Positions 63,149-64,000 of a DNA stretch of 64,000 nt are shown piece by piece; position 1 is the first letter of the stretch; the number at the start of each line of letters is the position of its first letter. The DNA lies in assembly GCA_964470695.1 (NCBI GenBank), contig CAYYDR010000001.1, forward strand, positions 337,997 through 401,996, read 5' to 3'. This DNA comes from an uncultured Gammaproteobacteria bacterium (GTDB taxonomy: Bacteria > Patescibacteriota > Patescibacteriia > Patescibacteriales > UBA12465). Made by a program: the position numbers and the translations under genes. Under the pieces are notes generated by a model. The model searched no databases, had not been told where the DNA came from, and saw only the letters and a list, made by a program, of their open reading frames with translations.

Positions 63149-63937
63149 TTAAATTATCTTCTGTAAATCAGGATCATTTGCCATATCAATATTGATAGGT
63201 TCGTTAAAACGTCGGTAGGAATCAACCATAACCCTAATTAGCCAGCCTATAAATCCGAGGCCTATGTAAAGACCAAAGAATAACCAAACAGCTCCGGCTT
63301 GTTGGCTGAATAAGCCGAATTTAAAACCGGCTACCATCCCCATACCCATATTTACTATTAAGCTCACAGCTATTGTTACTATAATTTCCATAGCTTCTAT
63401 TTTAGCATCGGCGGCACTATTTACTATTACCAATATTGCGGCGATGCTAGCCATAGATGCTAAAGATCCGAAAACTCCGACAGCCGTTATTTCGTAGACC
63501 CCAGATAAGGATATTATTATCCAGTTTATGAAATATATCAGCATCATGGATATGGTCAGGATTATTGCCGAAGTCAGGGAGAAGGCACCAACAGCCTTGG
63601 TTTTTTCTTTTTTCTTCATACCCCTTAGGGTCCAGAATAAAGCTAGAAATATGATAGTGTCAGCGATTATAGTTATAGTATATCCGTCGTCGCCGTCATA
63701 TTCAATTCGCTTCCTATCCCTTACAAGCTTACCTGACTTTAGGGAGTAGTAATCATTGTAAGCAATTTCCAAGGTTCCGAATAAGGGGTAGGTTATGTTA
63801 GGAGCACTGCCGATTGCTTCGCGCCGGAAAATTTTCCAGCCCTTGAAGAGATTGTCTATCTCTTGGTCGGAAAAATGAGAGACGGTCTGTCCGCCGTCAA
63901 AACTGGCGTCAAATTGATCCAGTATTTTTGTTTGCAT
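63149..63937 (-). CDS. hypothetical polytopic membrane protein
   Basis: Soluble N-domain plus about 5 TM helices. The reading frame stays open upstream of the ATG at 63937 to the window edge, so the true start may lie outside. Alternatively, a separate upstream gene ends at TAA 63941-63943 in another frame. Confidence 0.5.
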   Translation of the reverse strand: MQTKILDQFDASFDGGQTVSHFSDQEIDNLFKGWKIFRREAIGSAPNITYPLFGTLEIAYNDYYSLKSGKLVRDRKRIEYDGDDGYTITIIADTIIFLALFWTLRGMKKKEKTKAVGAFSLTSAIILTISMMLIYFINWIIISLSGVYEITAVGVFGSLASMASIAAILVIVNSAADAKIEAMEIIVTIAVSLIVNMGMGMVAGFKFGLFSQQAGAVWLFFGLYIGLGFIGWLIRVMVDSYRRFNEPINIDMANDPDLQKII

Positions 63938-64000
63938 TCTTACCGCCGTCCCGTCCTGGCGAACAATAACGGTATCTCTTGTGTCCTGCGCGGATGCGGT

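Noticed and set aside
1-64000. CRISPR arrays, rRNA genes, IS elements, reverse transcriptase or DGR template/variable repeats, toxin-antitoxin pairs and restriction-modification genes.
   Set aside because: Scanning ORFs and intergenic regions by eye found none. The only long internal DNA similarity is between the two C-terminal repeats of the surface protein, which differ at all base types rather than being adenine-specific.
1-64000. Alternative genetic code (UGA recoded, as in some CPR-related lineages).
   Set aside because: Conserved genes are full length under the standard code, and at least some ORFs end with TGA where expected (e.g. 77-346, 8509-9063).
63938-64000. Whether the last minus-strand gene extends beyond the window.
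   Set aside because: This could not be resolved. The frame of the 63149-63937 ORF stays open to position 64000, but a different frame ends with TAA at 63941-63943, compatible with a separate upstream gene. It is reported only as a caveat.

Overview
The window is gene-dense and AT-rich, and almost every gene is on the + strand. The gene content looks like a reduced-genome Patescibacteria/CPR-type bacterium; that assignment is inference only. Evidence for it: minimal versions of core enzymes, a DUF4012-like protein, a sigma region-4/HARE-HTH fusion, and many glycan and surface-protein genes. The genetic code appears standard, since TGA ends ORFs.

Contents, in order:
- hisS.
- A ~16 kb surface-glycan locus (2.5-18.3 kb). 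It holds a polyprenol-phosphate GT2, a UDP-xylose branch (short UGDH plus UXS), a GDP-fucose branch (gmd, fcl), several GT2/GT4/CgeB-like transferases, two methyltransferases, an acetyltransferase, a flippase and large polytopic membrane proteins.
- A secreted GYGYGY-repeat protein, then rnhB.
- tRNA-Leu(CAG) and tRNA-Val(CAC), which bracket three paralogous zinc-ribbon ORFs.
- An EEP nuclease/phosphatase whose ATG abuts the tRNA-Val CCA end.
- cysS, dus and a mini tsaB.
- A truncated dcw block (mraZ-rsmH-ftsL-ftsI-murF), followed by an inverted pyrE-pyrF fusion.
- rfbD, an rfbA-like gene and a GT2.
- An envelope cluster: membrane protein, GT4, DUF4012-like protein and a CARDB/DUF11-like protein.
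- A tgt lacking all four zinc ligands.
- pyk, eno, rlmN, a macro-domain protein, typA, and a lemA/TPM pair.

The most unusual feature is a swivel-domain-only PEP-utilising protein. It is flanked by two degenerate histidine-phosphatase-like mini-genes. Their 5' leaders share a conserved motif with a third minus-strand singleton, which looks DHH-like.

I saw no CRISPR array, rRNA, transposase, integrase or reverse transcriptase. All family calls rest on motif recognition by eye; no searches were run. Several start codons are uncertain.
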